A program made the position numbers and the translations under genes. A DNA stretch of 64,000 nucleotides from NCBI GenBank assembly GCA_964016885.1, contig OZ024743.1:8990001-9054000 (forward strand). The letters are read 5' to 3'. Every line of letters starts with the position of its first letter. The first letter of the stretch is position 1. The notes beneath the pieces were generated by a model. It had not been told where the DNA came from. It did not search any database and saw only the letters and a program-made list of their open reading frames with translations. This stretch comes from Eledone cirrhosa. Taxonomy: Eukaryota. Positions 44,627-61,292 of the stretch are shown here, one piece after another.

Positions 44627-47071
44627 TTAAACTATATTTAATGCTGGTCTATATTTTTGAATAAACATATTTTCCTTATTTATTCGTATTTGTTCTGTTG
44701 TATTGTCTGCGCAAAGATAAAATGGGAAGACTTGGAATTTGGGTGTCTTATTACTTGCGTATATGTCTAGATGTGCACTTAGTGGTATCTGTCTCGTGGT
44801 TGGATCTCGTAATTGTTGGCGATGAACTGTCATTCTGTTTCTGAGTGTGAGTTTAGTTTGTCCTATATAATCTTCATTGCATCCTTTATATTTAATGGCA
44901 TAAAGTAGATTTTTTGATGAGCAAGTGAAGTGATTTTTTACAGCAAAATTTTGTTCTGATTGAAATGTATACGTGTTGCCTTCAATGAGGTGAGTGCAGG
45001 TTCCCCAATTAGAGCGACCACATTTTTTGACAGTTGGTTGTGGGTTTGTGGTAGGTAATTTAGCATTGGTGAGTAATATTTTTAGTGATTTCGGTTGTCT
45101 TTTGCTTTTGATTTTTTTGTGTGTTTCAAGGGCTTTTTTCCTCCTTGGGTCTTGTTTCAATAGTGGGATGTTCTTGTGAATAGTGTTGTAAGCTTCCGCA
45201 TTTCTTGGGTTGTGTGTTGAGATATATGATAGAATATTGGACGTACCTTGAATTTGTTTCTGTTTTCGTAATTCATCAATGCCTACTGTTTTAGCCCTTT
45301 CTATTCCATTATTTATTAGTAATAGTGGGTACTGTCTTTCGAGTAAAATTTCCTTTAATTCTTGAAGTCTTTTATTTAGCGTTTCATAATTGGAGACAAT
45401 TGTGCAAATTCTCCTTGCTAGGTTAAAAGGGATGTTCGTCTTCGTGTGCTTTGGATGGTTGGAGGTGAATAGCAGGTATTGTTTGGAATCTGTTGGTTTG
45501 TAGTGTATGTCAGTTTCAATATTTGTGTCTTCTTTTAAGATTAAGATGTCCAGAAATGGGAGTTGATCTTGGCTGTATTCCATTGTGAATTGGATGTGGT
45601 TATTGATGCCGTTAAGTAAATTTTTGAAATGATTTAGTTTGTCGAGTGTGTGAGACCAAAGAATGAGACAATCATCCAAGTAGCGTTTCAAATTCTCTGA
45701 TAAATATTTGTGGAAGTTAAATCCGTATTTTGATTTGGACTGTTCTTATATCTGGACTTCCAAGTATGCCATGACTAAGTTGGCATAAGTTGGAGTGGCT
45801 TTTGTACCCATCGCAGTCCCCGATATTTGCTTGTAAGTACTGCCATCGAAATCAAAAAAGTTGTTCTGTAAAATAAATTTTAATCCCTCGGTGATGAAGC
45901 TTTTTTCTATTCTGTCAGGTATCTCATTGGGATATTTTTCTAGCCAGAATCCTATTGCTTCTAGTCCGTGTTGGTGTGGGATCACTACACTACATCGAAA
46001 GACACAATAATAGTGTCGTTGTTGACATGTTTGGGGAGTTGGTTTAAGAGGTCCAGATCGTCTCTTACAAGGCTTGGTATGTGTTTGAGAATTGGTTTTA
46101 GTAGTATGTCTATAAAGCTGCTTAGTCTGTGTGTTTCACATTGTGGGCCCGCTACAATTGGTCTTAATTTAAGGTCTGTGGGGGGGGGGGGTATTGTGAG
46201 TTCACGCAGGTTGATGTGAATTGTTTACAGGCATCGTTAATTATTTTACACTTGAGGATCTTCGGAAGTTCGTAAAGGTTGCTGGTTTTGTATTCAAAAT
46301 GTGTCAAATAATCGTGTTCCTTTTTAGTAAAGTCTTCCTGGTATCGACAAATGAATGTGTTTAATCTGGTCATCGTTTTTGATCGCTGGTAGTTTTTTAC
46401 TCTTTCATAGTAGTTAGTATTTTGTAAGAGAGAGAACATAGAATTTTTATATTGTTCAGCATCCATAATAACGACAGTACTTCCCTTGTCCGCTTCCTTA
46501 ATTATAATGTCCGTATTGTTTTTTAATCTCCCATTCCCATCGACTCATGTTGGGTTTGGGTTTAGGTTGCGGTAGTTCATGGTATGGGAAAGTTGCTATG
46601 TGGTCACAAAATTTGTCCAGAACTCTGTTTCTACCTTTTGTTGGGTTGTAGCTGCTTTTATTCCGTACAATTGATTCGTCGTTATTCTCCTTGTCCAAAA
46701 ATTCCTCTGTGAGACGTAATTTTCTACAGAAGTGTGAGATATCGTCATTTATCTCCTTTGGAGAGAATTTTAATTTGTTGGGCTGAGAAGTTTGTATTTG
46801 AAAGGTTGATTATTTTTTTAATGTTTTTCAAAATCGGTTTGTGCCACCGGGTGTTGTGGGTCCTGTAGCCTTGGTCTAAAAAATGATTTTTCTGAATTGT
46901 TTTTTCATGGGTATTATTATATCTAATGGCATTTCCCCTGTTGTTGTGTGGTCTTGTATAGAAGTTTCGGACGTATTGAGGTTCGGTTTGTTGATAGCCC
47001 GGGTTGTAGATTTTGTTCCTTTGTGTGGGTTGTGATCTGCGGATCGGGCCCTGTCTTGTGTTTTGGGACAT
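44627..47071 (-). pseudogene. Penelope-like RT/GIY-YIG polyprotein, broken by stops and frameshifts
   Basis: ORF pieces 46745-47071, 46498-46698, 46164-46466, 45746-45985 and 44627-45691 are collinear parts of one PLE protein. Confidence 0.9.
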
Positions 47072-47080
47072 TCGGTTTTT

Positions 47081-47172
<92 letters not shown>

Positions 47173-47474
47173 AAAAAAAGGTGAAATCGAAAATGCAACT
47201 GGAGTCTTATTTAAAAAAATATATATATATTTATTTGGTTCCTTTACCGGTTTTCTCACATCTGAGAGAAAAACCACAGACCCTCCATCGCAACTTTACT
47301 TTTGAAAAGCAGAAGAACTGCGAAACCGGTATAGGAACCAAAAAAATATATATATATTTAAAAAAAAATAAGACTCCAGTTGCATTTTCGATTCATCTTT
47401 TTTTCTTTATACTTTCACTCGTGTAGGACACCTCGGTTATTTTTCATTTTGTAAAAAAACCTCATTTTCTAATA

Positions 47475-47583
<109 letters not shown>

Positions 47584-47584
47584 G

Positions 47585-48134
<550 letters not shown>

Positions 48135-48406
48135 TGTTATACTTGGGGAGGGTCATATTGTTGTAATAATATTGCCAGAATTAATAACAGAACACAATCA
48201 CTGTTTGGTTGGTTTACGCTTCTGTATCTTTTATATCAGTCAATTCATTCGGTCCTTAATGTTTACCATTGACTGACCGACGGTCAAAAATACCGATATA
48301 ATATAGATATAAACACATATATATAATCTAACAAAGTTCTTTCGTTGCACATCTGCTACATCGTCAGTGGAGCTATTATGTTCCTCCTGTTGTATTGTAT
48401 ATTTAC

Positions 48407-48492
<86 letters not shown>

Positions 48493-48605
48493 GGAGGTGA
48501 GTTTTATTGTAGTACAATAAAGCAATGCAGATATCGGATAAGAAGCACTCTACAGTTTGTATACATAATATATAAGATCAAAAGATGGTTAAAAGAGTTC
48601 CATGT

Positions 48606-48674
48606 ATTTTATTATGCGCATTTCAAAAACAAATATCATCATGCAATAATATTTGTGTTTTCATCAGATAAAAT
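48606..48674 (-). ncRNA. Type I hammerhead ribozyme (inverted-arm copy)
   Basis: Reverse complement of 51210-51278 with an intact core. Confidence 0.85.
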
Positions 48675-50670
48675 AGGAAGACATGATATGAAGGTTAAAA
48701 AACACTTGTGAATAGTGCAGTTTTGAATCAACATATGAAAAGTAGTTTTAGATTGATGTGTGATATTGGGAAAAAAATTTTTGAGGGGGGGGGGGAGTTT
48801 GGAAAGGATGAAGAAGAGGAGGAGATGAGAGTAAAAAGTGGAGGGGGAGGAGTATAATGAGATAGGAGGAGAGATGGGTGAGAGATGGGTGATAGAGAGA
48901 GAGAGATAGCTTTTATAACTGAGAAAGATATATTGTTTTACATAGAGAGGTTGAAAAACCGTTGGAAGATAATGTATAAATTAAAATAATTTGAAAATTA
49001 ACGAAGAGAAAAATAATGTAAAGTTAAGGTTTGTATATTGAAGGGTTTAATAATATGTGCGATGAAAAGAAAATGTTAATATGTATTAAGAATAATATTT
49101 AAGGGTTTAATGTGCGATGGAAAGAAAATGTTGATATGTATTATTAAAAAAACCAAAAGTAATGTATGTAAGGATATATTGTGAGATGAGCATGAATAAG
49201 TTAGATGAAAGGGAGAAAAAAATAATGAATAATAACGCGCTTTCTAAAGCCGGCTATCCTGATAAAATCAAATATAGTAAAGAAACAAATTCTAGAAGAT
49301 CTCACAGTAGAATAATTAATCATGATCATTCCAATAACTTTAATAAAAGACCTAGATACAAAAACATAATCTGGTATAATGCTCCTTTCTCCATCTCTAT
49401 TAATAATAATATTCCTAAATTATTCTTTAGTGCCTTAAATAAATGCTTCCCTCCCTCACATATCTATAGTAAAATATTTAACAAACACACTATAAAATTT
49501 TCCTATTCGACATCCTCCAACATTTCCAACATTATCTCTAAACACAACAATAAAATACTAAATACTAAATCTCTTCCTTCCAACACTGAATATCATAATA
49601 ATAGTAATAGTACTCCCGACGTCATTGTAAACTCTAGGCTAATTTCTGCAAACCCAAATACAACGTCAAACACAACTTCGCTAAATGTTCTTAATCCCAT
49701 TCTAAATCAAGAAACTATTATTCCTATCGCAAATAACTTCTCCAATCCAATTCCTTCTATAGATAACACTAGGTCACTCGTTAATAATCTCTCTAATCGC
49801 AATTGCAATTGCCCTGTTAAAAATAAATGTCCTCTCAACAACCATTGTCTTGATAAAAACTTAATCTACGAATGTAAAGTTATAACTGACACCAATTCCT
49901 TCACCTATTTTGGTTCCACTTCCCCCTCCTTTAAAGCTCGTCTTTATAATCATCATTCGTCTTTTAAATACCAACTTAAAAGAACCAACACGGCTCTCTC
50001 AGAACTCATATGGTCCTTGAAAGACAAAAATATTAAATATAACATCTCTTGGAAAAAGGTTTCTTCTTCTTTCATACTTGAACAGTTCTCTATCCAAGAC
50101 TTGCAATCTCTGTCTAAATGAAAAATTTACCATTATATCTAATTTAGATTCTATAATAAATAGACGCACTGACTTGTTTTCTCTCTGCTTGCATAAGTTC
50201 CACAGAACATTCCACAAAGTATACAGCTAATATCCAATACTTTATCAATTTAGAATCCTTTTCTCAAAGGCACATATATATATATATATATATATACTTC
50301 TTTAAAAATATACCCATCTTTCTACCTTATTTCAAAGTTATTTATTATACATTATATAATACTTGTTACTCATTCTATATCACTCCTATTTATCACTTCC
50401 CTTTCTTCCTTTTCCTTTTCTTTTCTTTTTCTTTTAATTTCTAACCCCTAATCTGTACCTTTTCTCACTGTGCCTAACATAGAAACAATTATTACACAAT
50501 ACAATATATTCTTACCTTATATCACCTTGAAAAATCCTTCGTAAACATAAACACAATTTTTGGCGTTAGATTATTCATCCTCAATTCATTATTTTTTTCT
50601 CCCTTTCATCTAACTTATTCATGTTCATCTCACAATATATCCTTACTTACATTACTTTTGTTTTTTTTAA

Positions 50671-50840
50671 TAATACATATCAACATTTTCTTTCCATCGC
50701 ACATGTTATTAAACCCTTAAATATTATTCTTAATACATATTAACATTTTCTTTCCATCGCACATATTATTAAACCCTTAAATATTATTCTTAATACATAT
50801 TAACATTTTCTTTTCATCGCACATATTATTAAACCCTTCA
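50671..50840. repeat. About three copies of a 60-bp tandem repeat in the PLE 3' UTR
   Basis: taatacatat(t/c)aacattttctttccatcgcacatattattaaacccttaaatattattct repeated. Confidence 0.9.
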
Positions 50841-51209
50841 ATATACAAACCTTAACTTTACATTATTTTTCTCTTCGTTAATTTTCAAATTATTTTAATT
50901 TATACATTATCTTCCAACGGTTTTTCAACCTCTCTATGTAAAACAATATATCTTTCTCAGTTATAAAAGCTATCTCTCTCTCTCTATCACCCATCTCTCA
51001 CCCATCTCTCCTCCTATCTCATTATACTCCTCCCCCTCCACTTTTTACTCTCATCTCCTCCTCTTCTTCATCCTTTCCAAACTCCCCCCCCCCAAAAAAA
51101 ATTTTTTTTTTTTCCCAATATCACACATCAATCTAAAACTACTTTTCATATGTTGATTCAAAACTGCACTATCCACAAGTGTTTTTTAACCTTCATATCA
51201 TGTCTTCCT

Positions 51210-51278
51210 ATTTTATCTGATGAAAACACAAATATTATTGCATAATGATATTTGTTTTTGAAATGCGCATAATAAAAT
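51210..51278 (+). ncRNA. Type I hammerhead ribozyme, intact motif (mirror copy at 48606-48674, minus)
   Basis: ATTTTAT-CTGATGA-[long AU-rich stem II]-GAAA-TGCGCA-TA-ATAAAAT: 7-bp stem I, palindromic stem III, AUA cleavage triplet. Confidence 0.88.
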
Positions 51279-51307
51279 ACATGGAACTCTTTTAACCATC
51301 TTTTGAT

Positions 51308-51828
<521 letters not shown>

Positions 51829-54800
51829 GCGCGCACGTATAGATATAGATATATAAACCTATATACTAGCAGGACACCCAGCTTAAATATTTTCGTTAAT
51901 AAGTACAGGATGTATTTATGGTTGTTTGTCTATATATTAATTGAAACAGGATCATACATTTTCGGGAATCCACATTAACTCAGCCCCATCATATTTCAGG
52001 TACGTATTTTAATGACTTCCAAAATGATGATAATAAAAAGGCAAACGCAGTATGATTTGGACATTCATAATGTGAAACGGTGTGTTTTAAACCACTCAAG
52101 AAATCTAACCTTTCACTTTATCATTTCAGGGACTCACCAACCTTGTTTCTATATACCATATATGTCGCTGAATAAGACAACTAGGTATATAAGACACATG
52201 CTCAAACTTCACCATACACTATAGGATTTAATGTTGATATTTTCTAAATATATAAGTATATAAGGTTTATATTTTCGAAGTATGAGTATAGAATATAAAA
52301 CGGACCGCTTTTTCTGAGGAGGTTTAAAAGATTGAAATGTCGTCTTATACACCAACAAATACAAAAAATTAAATGTAAAAGAAATATTAGCGAGAGAGCT
52401 GAGTGGGGTACAAACTCTCATCATTCGTTTATCCATGTAGTTTTTCGGATAGACCACAGTCCTGACCAATAATTTCTGCTGTCCCTTTCATCAGAAACAT
52501 CCGCTCACAGCTTACTCACACATGGCCATCGATATATTAGATTATTTAACAATATGTAAGTAATAAGTAGAACGTATAATCTTTATCATTCACGAAACAT
52601 TTAAATTTTGAAATTTTTTGTAAAAAGTAAAAAACCTTTACACGATCACTCTATACGCTAGAAACAACGACCAAATTCACTCCAGTAATACCCTAGTCTC
52701 TTAAAAAAGGACTGGCACATTACATAATGTAGACCTATATGTACAGAAAGACAGGATAGAGTGGCTTTGGAAGAATAAGCTGATGCCGAATTACAACTAC
52801 ATATATTAATATATACATGCATATCAAATGTTTGACTAAAAAAATCATCAGATGGTTGCGATTGGAACGTTTTGGATCATAAATCTCCTAGATCAGGCCT
52901 GAATGAGCTATACAACAACAACAAAAACAACAATCACCACCACCACCACCACAAGAAGAAGAACAACAATTACAACATCAACAACAACAACCAGTTAGTT
53001 AAACTGAAAATCTCGAACTCGATAACGATATTTCACAACACCAAACTCACATACATACACAGACACACAAACTCGCAGATACACATTTATACACACTTGG
53101 TCTTATTCAGTTACGTGTACATACAGTTATTTATAGTTTTTTGTAAGTAATTCTATTTTGGGGTGATGGTATGACTTGACAGCAAGATAAAAACAGAATC
53201 AGAGTATTATAGATTATTAACGTCACCTGAAGAATTACGTAACCTTTAACATAACATAAACATTTCAAAATATCACTAAAAAATTCCTCGTTTTGACCCT
53301 TTTAACACCAAACCGTCTGAAACGGCCCTGGGTCTACGATACAAAGCTGTTTATTTTAAAGTGTTTATATGTATCTAAAAAACTTCCATGATTTTATGTA
53401 AAGAACTTTTTAAAGTATTGTTCCAAACACCAACTTAACAATAAGTTATGAGTTGTGACCGACAGATAATATCAGCAATGGAATAATCAATGGGAACATA
53501 ATTTCCTTGGTCCGATTTGATGATTGACTCCTCTCTTTTTCCGGATGTCTTGAGCACTATTTCTCAAAGTGGGTTATACGAGATAAGGTGTCTTTTAATC
53601 AAATTTAATATAAAATTATGATATATTTCTTTTCTATATATATGAATAAATTCTATCTCTGAAACAAATGTTAATTTATTTAATGTTTTTAAAACAAAAG
53701 ATATTTGTATTCGTTCCATGATTTTTGGAAAATCGTACGGAGGGTTCAGCAATAAAATAAGCTTGGAAATAGAATATTACTTCTTCATAGTTGCTTGAAC
53801 ATAAGTTAATGGATTAACTTGAAAATGAACCAGCATTCTATGAAAGTCATTTTAGTTTCGAGTAGGATGTTGTTATTTTTTATGTTGTCACTGCTGCTGT
53901 TTAGACCAGATTATTCTTAATGAAGCTGACTTATGATAAAAGATGTCAGAGCTTTGACAGTCCCATTGTTTTGTATATTTAGGATTACATTGTCCCATGT
54001 ACTCTTTATCAAAGGCAGTACAATGTGATTTAAGGGAGATTTGGCTGCTATTTCTAACAGGTTAGGCAACCACATACACGTTTTCTCATTGGGTCAGTTT
54101 TGATAGGATTGTTCTGTTGGTAACATATATCTAATTAGTATTACTATATGAGTTCCCTGTTATGTTATTCATTATCGGTTTCATTTATTCGTATGGCAAA
54201 GTACAGATGAGCAGTTTTGACACAGACAGTGTCCAGTTCAAATTCCAAACACTTAGATCTCAAGGATTACGCCCATCTTGTCCTAAATAGATACTACAAG
54301 TATTGACGAATATCTAATTGATTTTACAGTACTATGTTCATTTCCACACAGTAAGTTACGAAGAAGGGGAAAGAAATCTCTTCGTCTCTTAAACTTAAGA
54401 AAATCGAGATATGCTCTGGTATTAAGGATTTTTGTGATTCAGAAAAAAAGATGAGCTCAGTATATAGCTTGAACTACTGATACATATCATCAAGTCTCTC
54501 TGAGGAAATAAATGCTTATCACTATAATTTCAAAAGCAAGTGTAAACCAAACATAGGAATATGAGTGTAAAGGAAAATATATATTAAGAAATTGGAGCCG
54601 TTAATATAACAATTAAATACAAAAGCTATTCAATCGTGAATTGTCAGTATTGCGGCGAATTGGAAGAAATGTTATATCTTTGAACGAAAATTGCCTGCAG
54701 TATCTATTCAGGTTTCTTATGTTGTGTGTTCAAATCCCAGCGTGGTCAAAATGACGATAAATAGAACACCAATCTCAAGTGGTAGACTGGCAGAATTGTT

Positions 54801-55332
54801 AGAACGTCGGACGGGATACCCCGTGTTTTTTTTTTAAATTCCGAGTTCAAAACCCGCTGTGACATAGTTGAGTGGTATACTTAATCTGTCCTCAGGGTTA
54901 ATACCACTATCTGATCATTGGGTGCCTTTAATGGAATCTTTTCTGATGCAAGCACTCGACGAATTCTTCGGTTTGAAGATATATTCTTCTCACCAGTTTC
55001 TGAGGCCCTGGAAAAGACCAGGAATTCTGCTCTTTTCCCGGGCCAAGTGATAAATATGACATATTTTTCAATATATATTGATCTGCAAACTTCATTATCT
55101 TATAGTGCTCAAATAAAATTTGACATCTTCTGGTAATTTTAGTATAAAAAAAGGCCAAAGAGTAGTACAGTGAACGTAAGTACGACTAGTCTCACATATG
55201 TTATTTGCCAGTTATTTCCAACTGGTCTTTATTTCCTCTTCCGTTCTGAGTAATTAAAATAAAAAAGTCAACCGGGGATACGAAGATTGGATGAACTAAA
55301 AATTGTCAGTAAAATTCTTACTTGTAGCATAA

Positions 55333-55447
55333 CGTTCAAATCCCGCCGAGGTTAACTTTGCCTTTCATCCTTTCGGGGTCAATAAAATAAAGTACCAGTA
55401 ATGTACTAGGTAATTGGTGGTCTTGTGCCAAAAGTAGAAACAATTAT
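55333..55447 (+). mobile_element. tRNA-derived SINE, family A (other copies ~8227-8346, 30627-30745, 39208-39325, 61670-61800 plus; ~6600-6770, 13845-13990, 33420-33630, 500-735 minus)
   Basis: B-box gttcaaatcc followed by conserved gccgaggttaactttgcctttcatcctttcggggtc.ataaaataaagtaccag; resembles octopus SINEs as I recall them. Confidence 0.75.
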
Positions 55448-55467
55448 AACACATATACACACACTCT

Positions 55468-55601
<134 letters not shown>

Positions 55602-55615
55602 CATACATACATATA

Positions 55616-56800
<1,185 letters not shown>

Positions 56801-56806
56801 TATATT

Positions 56807-56849
<43 letters not shown>

Positions 56850-56886
56850 CTTGGGTTGAAAAAGAGGTCAAGTATGTTATAAATAG

Positions 56887-56935
56887 TTGCTCCGAAGAAT
56901 CCAAACCTCGGTTTGGAGGAAACAATTGTAAGCAA
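56887..56935 (+). ncRNA. Type I hammerhead, U4C core variant (second copy at 26327-26375)
   Basis: TTGCT-CCGAAGA-A-TCCAAACC tc GGTTTGGA-G-GAAAC-AATT-GTA-AGCAA. Confidence 0.75.
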
Positions 56936-56969
56936 ATAAATGACTTAAACTGAACTTTGATTACTGTAA

Positions 56970-57000
<31 letters not shown>

Positions 57001-57044
57001 TTATGTATATATATACATACATATATATGACCCTCCCAAAGTAT

Positions 57045-57163
<119 letters not shown>

Positions 57164-57170
57164 CATATAT

Positions 57171-57229
<59 letters not shown>

Positions 57230-57241
57230 ACATACATATAT

Positions 57242-57276
<35 letters not shown>

Positions 57277-57397
57277 GGGTTTTAATGGATACAGTTTAGT
57301 TAAAATATATATATATATTCATAAATATATATATGTATATATATATATATAATATATATATATATAACGGAAGAGAAAATAAAGAGCAGTATATATA

Positions 57398-57491
<94 letters not shown>

Positions 57492-58447
57492 TGTGCGCGC
57501 GTGTTTGTCGGACCTCCATTATTAACGAGGAGGAATGTACACGTTGTTTGAACAATGGAATAGTCTCATGAAACTAACAGACGAGTGACTGAGCATTCTA
57601 CAGACAGGCGTATCATAACATAGTTCTCGGAGAGAGTGAGTGTGATACAGTGTATCACAAGGCTGGAGCAACGTGAAGTATCATGTCTTTCTCAAGGGTA
57701 AACGCCCCACTGTGTCTGGAACTCGAACTCATGACCATACGATTGTGAGTCCAACACTCTTACCACTAAGTCCTTCACTGACTTATGACACACACCAGAT
57801 ATGTGAAGTTATACTGGTTATTATGGATATACTGAAAGATATTAAAATAATTAAAATAAGACATGGAAAATAACCCCTCACTAAAATTAAACACCCAGAA
57901 CAATATTTTATGGCATCCCTATTAGATATAAACATCTAGATAGAATTAATCCCCCTAGATACATTACGTCTGGGTATACTAAAGATGCAAATAAAACTGT
58001 TCCCATATATACGAATATATATATATATGTGTGTATGTGTGTGTGCACGTGTGTGTATCTTGTTTCTTGTATTTTATTATAGTCTAGTTTCTCCCTCTTA
58101 AATGTGCTGCATACTAATTAAATGATTTCTTCTTACATGAAACATAAAAGGTAATATCAGTAATCTTGAAGCTTTAGAATTAAACATCTACATTTAATGT
58201 AGAATTTATATTTTGTTTATTTGGAGCAGATGTAAAGGAAATAAATATTTATCTCATGAGTTGGTGTGTTAAATTATAGCAATTGTTTGACCTTTCGTAA
58301 TCAGAGATGTATCAACGAGAGATCAACACTTCAGAATAAACTGAGGCAATATAGAATAAAGTGTTTACTCATAAAACAAGAAAAAATCACTTCTAACGAA
58401 TTTGATCTCATGATTTATTTGGCCATTTTGTTTCTAGATGTATTCGT

Positions 58448-58478
<31 letters not shown>

Positions 58479-58571
58479 GGATTAAGAGACTGGGAAGGAA
58501 CTGTTTGAAGTTACTATACAAAACAACTATAAAACCTCAAACTCTAGTTGTCTCAAAATAAAGAATCTTTC

Positions 58572-58841
58572 TTAAGCCATTTAAGGCTGATTAGGCGGGT
58601 GCATATTCCGGTTTCATGGCATGAAGCGACTGAGAGTACAAGACTCCCCGCTGGACAGGACGCCAGTCCATCGCAGGGTTAAACACCCAGCTATTGCTGG
58701 TACTCATTTTCAGCTGAATGTACTAAGTATACTGGAGCAACGTGAAATGAAGTGTTTTGCTCAAGACGCAACCCAGTGCAGGTATCGAACCCACGGCTTT
58801 ACGGTCGTAAGACCAACACCCTTACCAATAGGCCACGCTGC
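58572..58841 (-). mobile_element. V-domain-type SINE
   Basis: Minus strand has a tRNA head with gggttcgatac, then cctgcgatggactggcgtcctgtccag. Confidence 0.65.
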
Positions 58842-58899
58842 ATGAACCAAACTATAGAGGGAAATATAATTCTAAAAGGGATATATAAGGATTTATTCG

Positions 58900-59300
58900 T
58901 GCACAGGAATGGGTTCATGACAATGTGGTTCTGGTGTCAGTCCACTGCGCAGCAACTTGTATAAGTGTCTTCTACTATAGAAACAGGAAGACTATAGCCT
59001 ATTGAGTAGAATTGGCAGATGGAGTAATGCAGAACCCGGTTGTACACTCAAACACACGCACACAGAAACACAGACACAGACATACACACATATGTGTGTG
59101 TGCTTCCGTATGTGTAAGTGTCCGTACATGTCTATGTTTGTATTTGTGTCTGTGTTTATGTCCCGTATCTTAACGGTTCGAAAAAAAAAAGAGACAAATA
59201 AATAAGTACTGGGTCGATATCACGAATCAAAGTGGTGCCCCAGCATGGCCACAGTTTAACGGCTGAAACCAATAAAAGAATAAAAGAATAAAAGAATGAA
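58900..59300 (+). mobile_element. SINE family C (minus copy at ~14040-14315)
   Basis: aagtgtcttctactatag core, internal microsatellite, and ccagcatggccacagt...taaaagaa(taaaagaa) tail; the same tail occurs at ~7590-7685. Confidence 0.55.
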
Positions 59301-59512
59301 AGAATACCATCGAAACTCTTCCATTTCTTTAAAGCATTAATTATAATTGAACCAGTCATTGTTCCCACAGTTAAAGTGCTTTAAAATAACCAATAGAAAC
59401 TATAAAATTGCGATAGAAGTTTTAGTCAAATTAAAACTGATGGCTTTTAAGAAGATGGTTGAACTCTTGAAAGTGAAAACAACGAAAACAAAACAAAAAT
59501 TGCCGTACTTAC

Positions 59513-61047
59513 CCAGTCTTTGCATAATTAGTCCAAAAACGCATCATTTTTTTACTCAATTCAACTTCATCGACAAAAAAGTTTTTGCTACGATTCACAG
59601 GAGCTCCGAAGATATATTCAATTTCTGCTCCATGATATGCACCAACCCACTTCGGCCATGGCGACTGCGACGAAATTTGGGTGAAGTGATAATAATAGAC
59701 TTTTTCTCCGGCGTTCGAGTATGCTTCTGCCAGTTGATTCACTTGACAGAGGTAATTAAAGTCAGCAACTAATTGGTCAAGTTTATTTCTGTTAGATATT
59801 TTGTCATCGGGATTCTCCCAATTAGTATACTGGTATAAAACAGCATCTCGGCCGAAGGAGTTAAGTCGTTGTGGATATTGAGGGTAGTAATTTATCAAAG
59901 TATCCGCAAGTTCATGAAATGTTTCTTTGCTAACTAGTGCGTTAGTCTCTAAATTAAAAACGGCTGTATTGTAATATGCAAGAAAATATGTTCCTTCGTT
60001 TTTATTGCTTCCTACTAAAAGAGGCGTTCTTTTAAAATTGTGTTTGGCTAATGATACTTCTGGAGCCTCGATAAGGAATGTTCCATCAACGATTAATACG
60101 AAAGGGAATTGAGATATGCCTTTCACAACATACCATACATAATGAGGAAATTTTTCAGCTGGTTGTTTTTTTAGACATTGGTAAATATCCCTTGCTGTAT
60201 CCACTGAAGAGCATTCGAATTTTTCTGCGAGTACCCTGGCTCGTCGCAAGGCTTCTTCTCTGCTAGTAACAGCCCATGGACATGTTAAACTTCCACTTTG
60301 TAAGATAGCTCTGTCAAACTTTGATCGACTGAGTGGAGAAACTAAATGGAAAGCGACACTTACAGCACCGGCGCTTTCTCCAAACAGTGTAATGTTTCTT
60401 GGGTTTCCACCGAAATTTCTTATTTCACGTTGAATCCAGTCCATACCCATGAGCTGATCAAACATTCCAGCATTACCAGGTGCTTCGGGTATGCCTAAAG
60501 CAAGAAATCCTAAAGCACTTATACGATATTGTATCGAAACTACAATCACATCATTCAAAATGACTAAATATGATGGGTCATAGATATCTAAAGTGGATGT
60601 GCCGCTGTAGAAGCCGCCTCCATAGATCCAAACAAATACTGCTTTGTTTTTGAATGGTTTCTTTACTTTAGGAACAAAGACGTTTAAATATAAGCAATCT
60701 TCTGAGAGTTTTGTATTGGCATGCCATACATTTTCTCCAGAGAAGTTATTGAAGATTTTATCAAATCCCTGCATGCAGGAATTCGGTCTCACAGTTGCAT
60801 TGTAAATCCCTGTCCAAGGTTCGTTGGGTTGTGGATGCCTAAAGCGAAGGTTTCCGAGTGGTGGCTTAGCGAATGGAATGCCATAATATACATCCATTTG
60901 CTTTCCATCTACATTTGTGCGAAAACCTCGCACTTTACCTTTCGATGTGGCGACTATGGGATCCTGTGAAGCATCAGCCCTCATAAACAAACACAAAATA
61001 TAGACTCCGAGAACAAGCAAGAAGTCAGTAAAGCGACCTAAATCCAT
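59513..61047 (-). CDS. ache: Acetylcholinesterase/cholinesterase-family gene, main coding exon (exon 61092-59513; ATG at 61047)
   Basis: ORF contains a signal peptide (MDLGRFTDFLLVLGVYILCLFMRADA), GIPFAKPP, SEDCLYLNV, the WIYGGGF oxyanion hole, FGESAG (Ser), NKNEG (Glu) and YHGAEIEY (His). Acceptor is polypyrimidine-tttgcag| at 61093 and donor is GG|gtaagt at 59512, after AKTG, a typical cholinesterase intron position. The ORF-track N-terminus (VCVC...) is intronic (CA)n. Confidence 0.93.
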
Positions 61048-61170
61048 AATGGCGACATCCAGATGCTGAGATGCTCTCCTGGCTTTTCTTACCTGCAAAT
61101 AAAAAGAAAAATACATTAAATTAACATCGTCCAATATCTGTCTATCTGTCTGACTGTGCGTAGGCGCGTA

Positions 61171-61292
<122 letters not shown>

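Larger units (their letters stand above)
43142..47471 (-). mobile_element. Penelope-like retroelement: decayed RT + GIY-YIG ORF, 3' pseudo-LTR (43142-43345), and a 5' partial direct plus inverted pLTR (47165-47471)
   Basis: RT motifs YKQISGTAMGT, RYLDD, LPFLDI and YKPTD; GIY-YIG LLYAIKYKGCNEDYIGQT. The ~200-bp terminal repeat occurs in opposite orientations at the two ends, and the element is flanked by TA-rich microsatellite. Confidence 0.92.

Noticed and set aside
55333-55447. B-box-containing segments as tRNA genes
   Set aside because: No cloverleaf; they continue into a shared SINE body.
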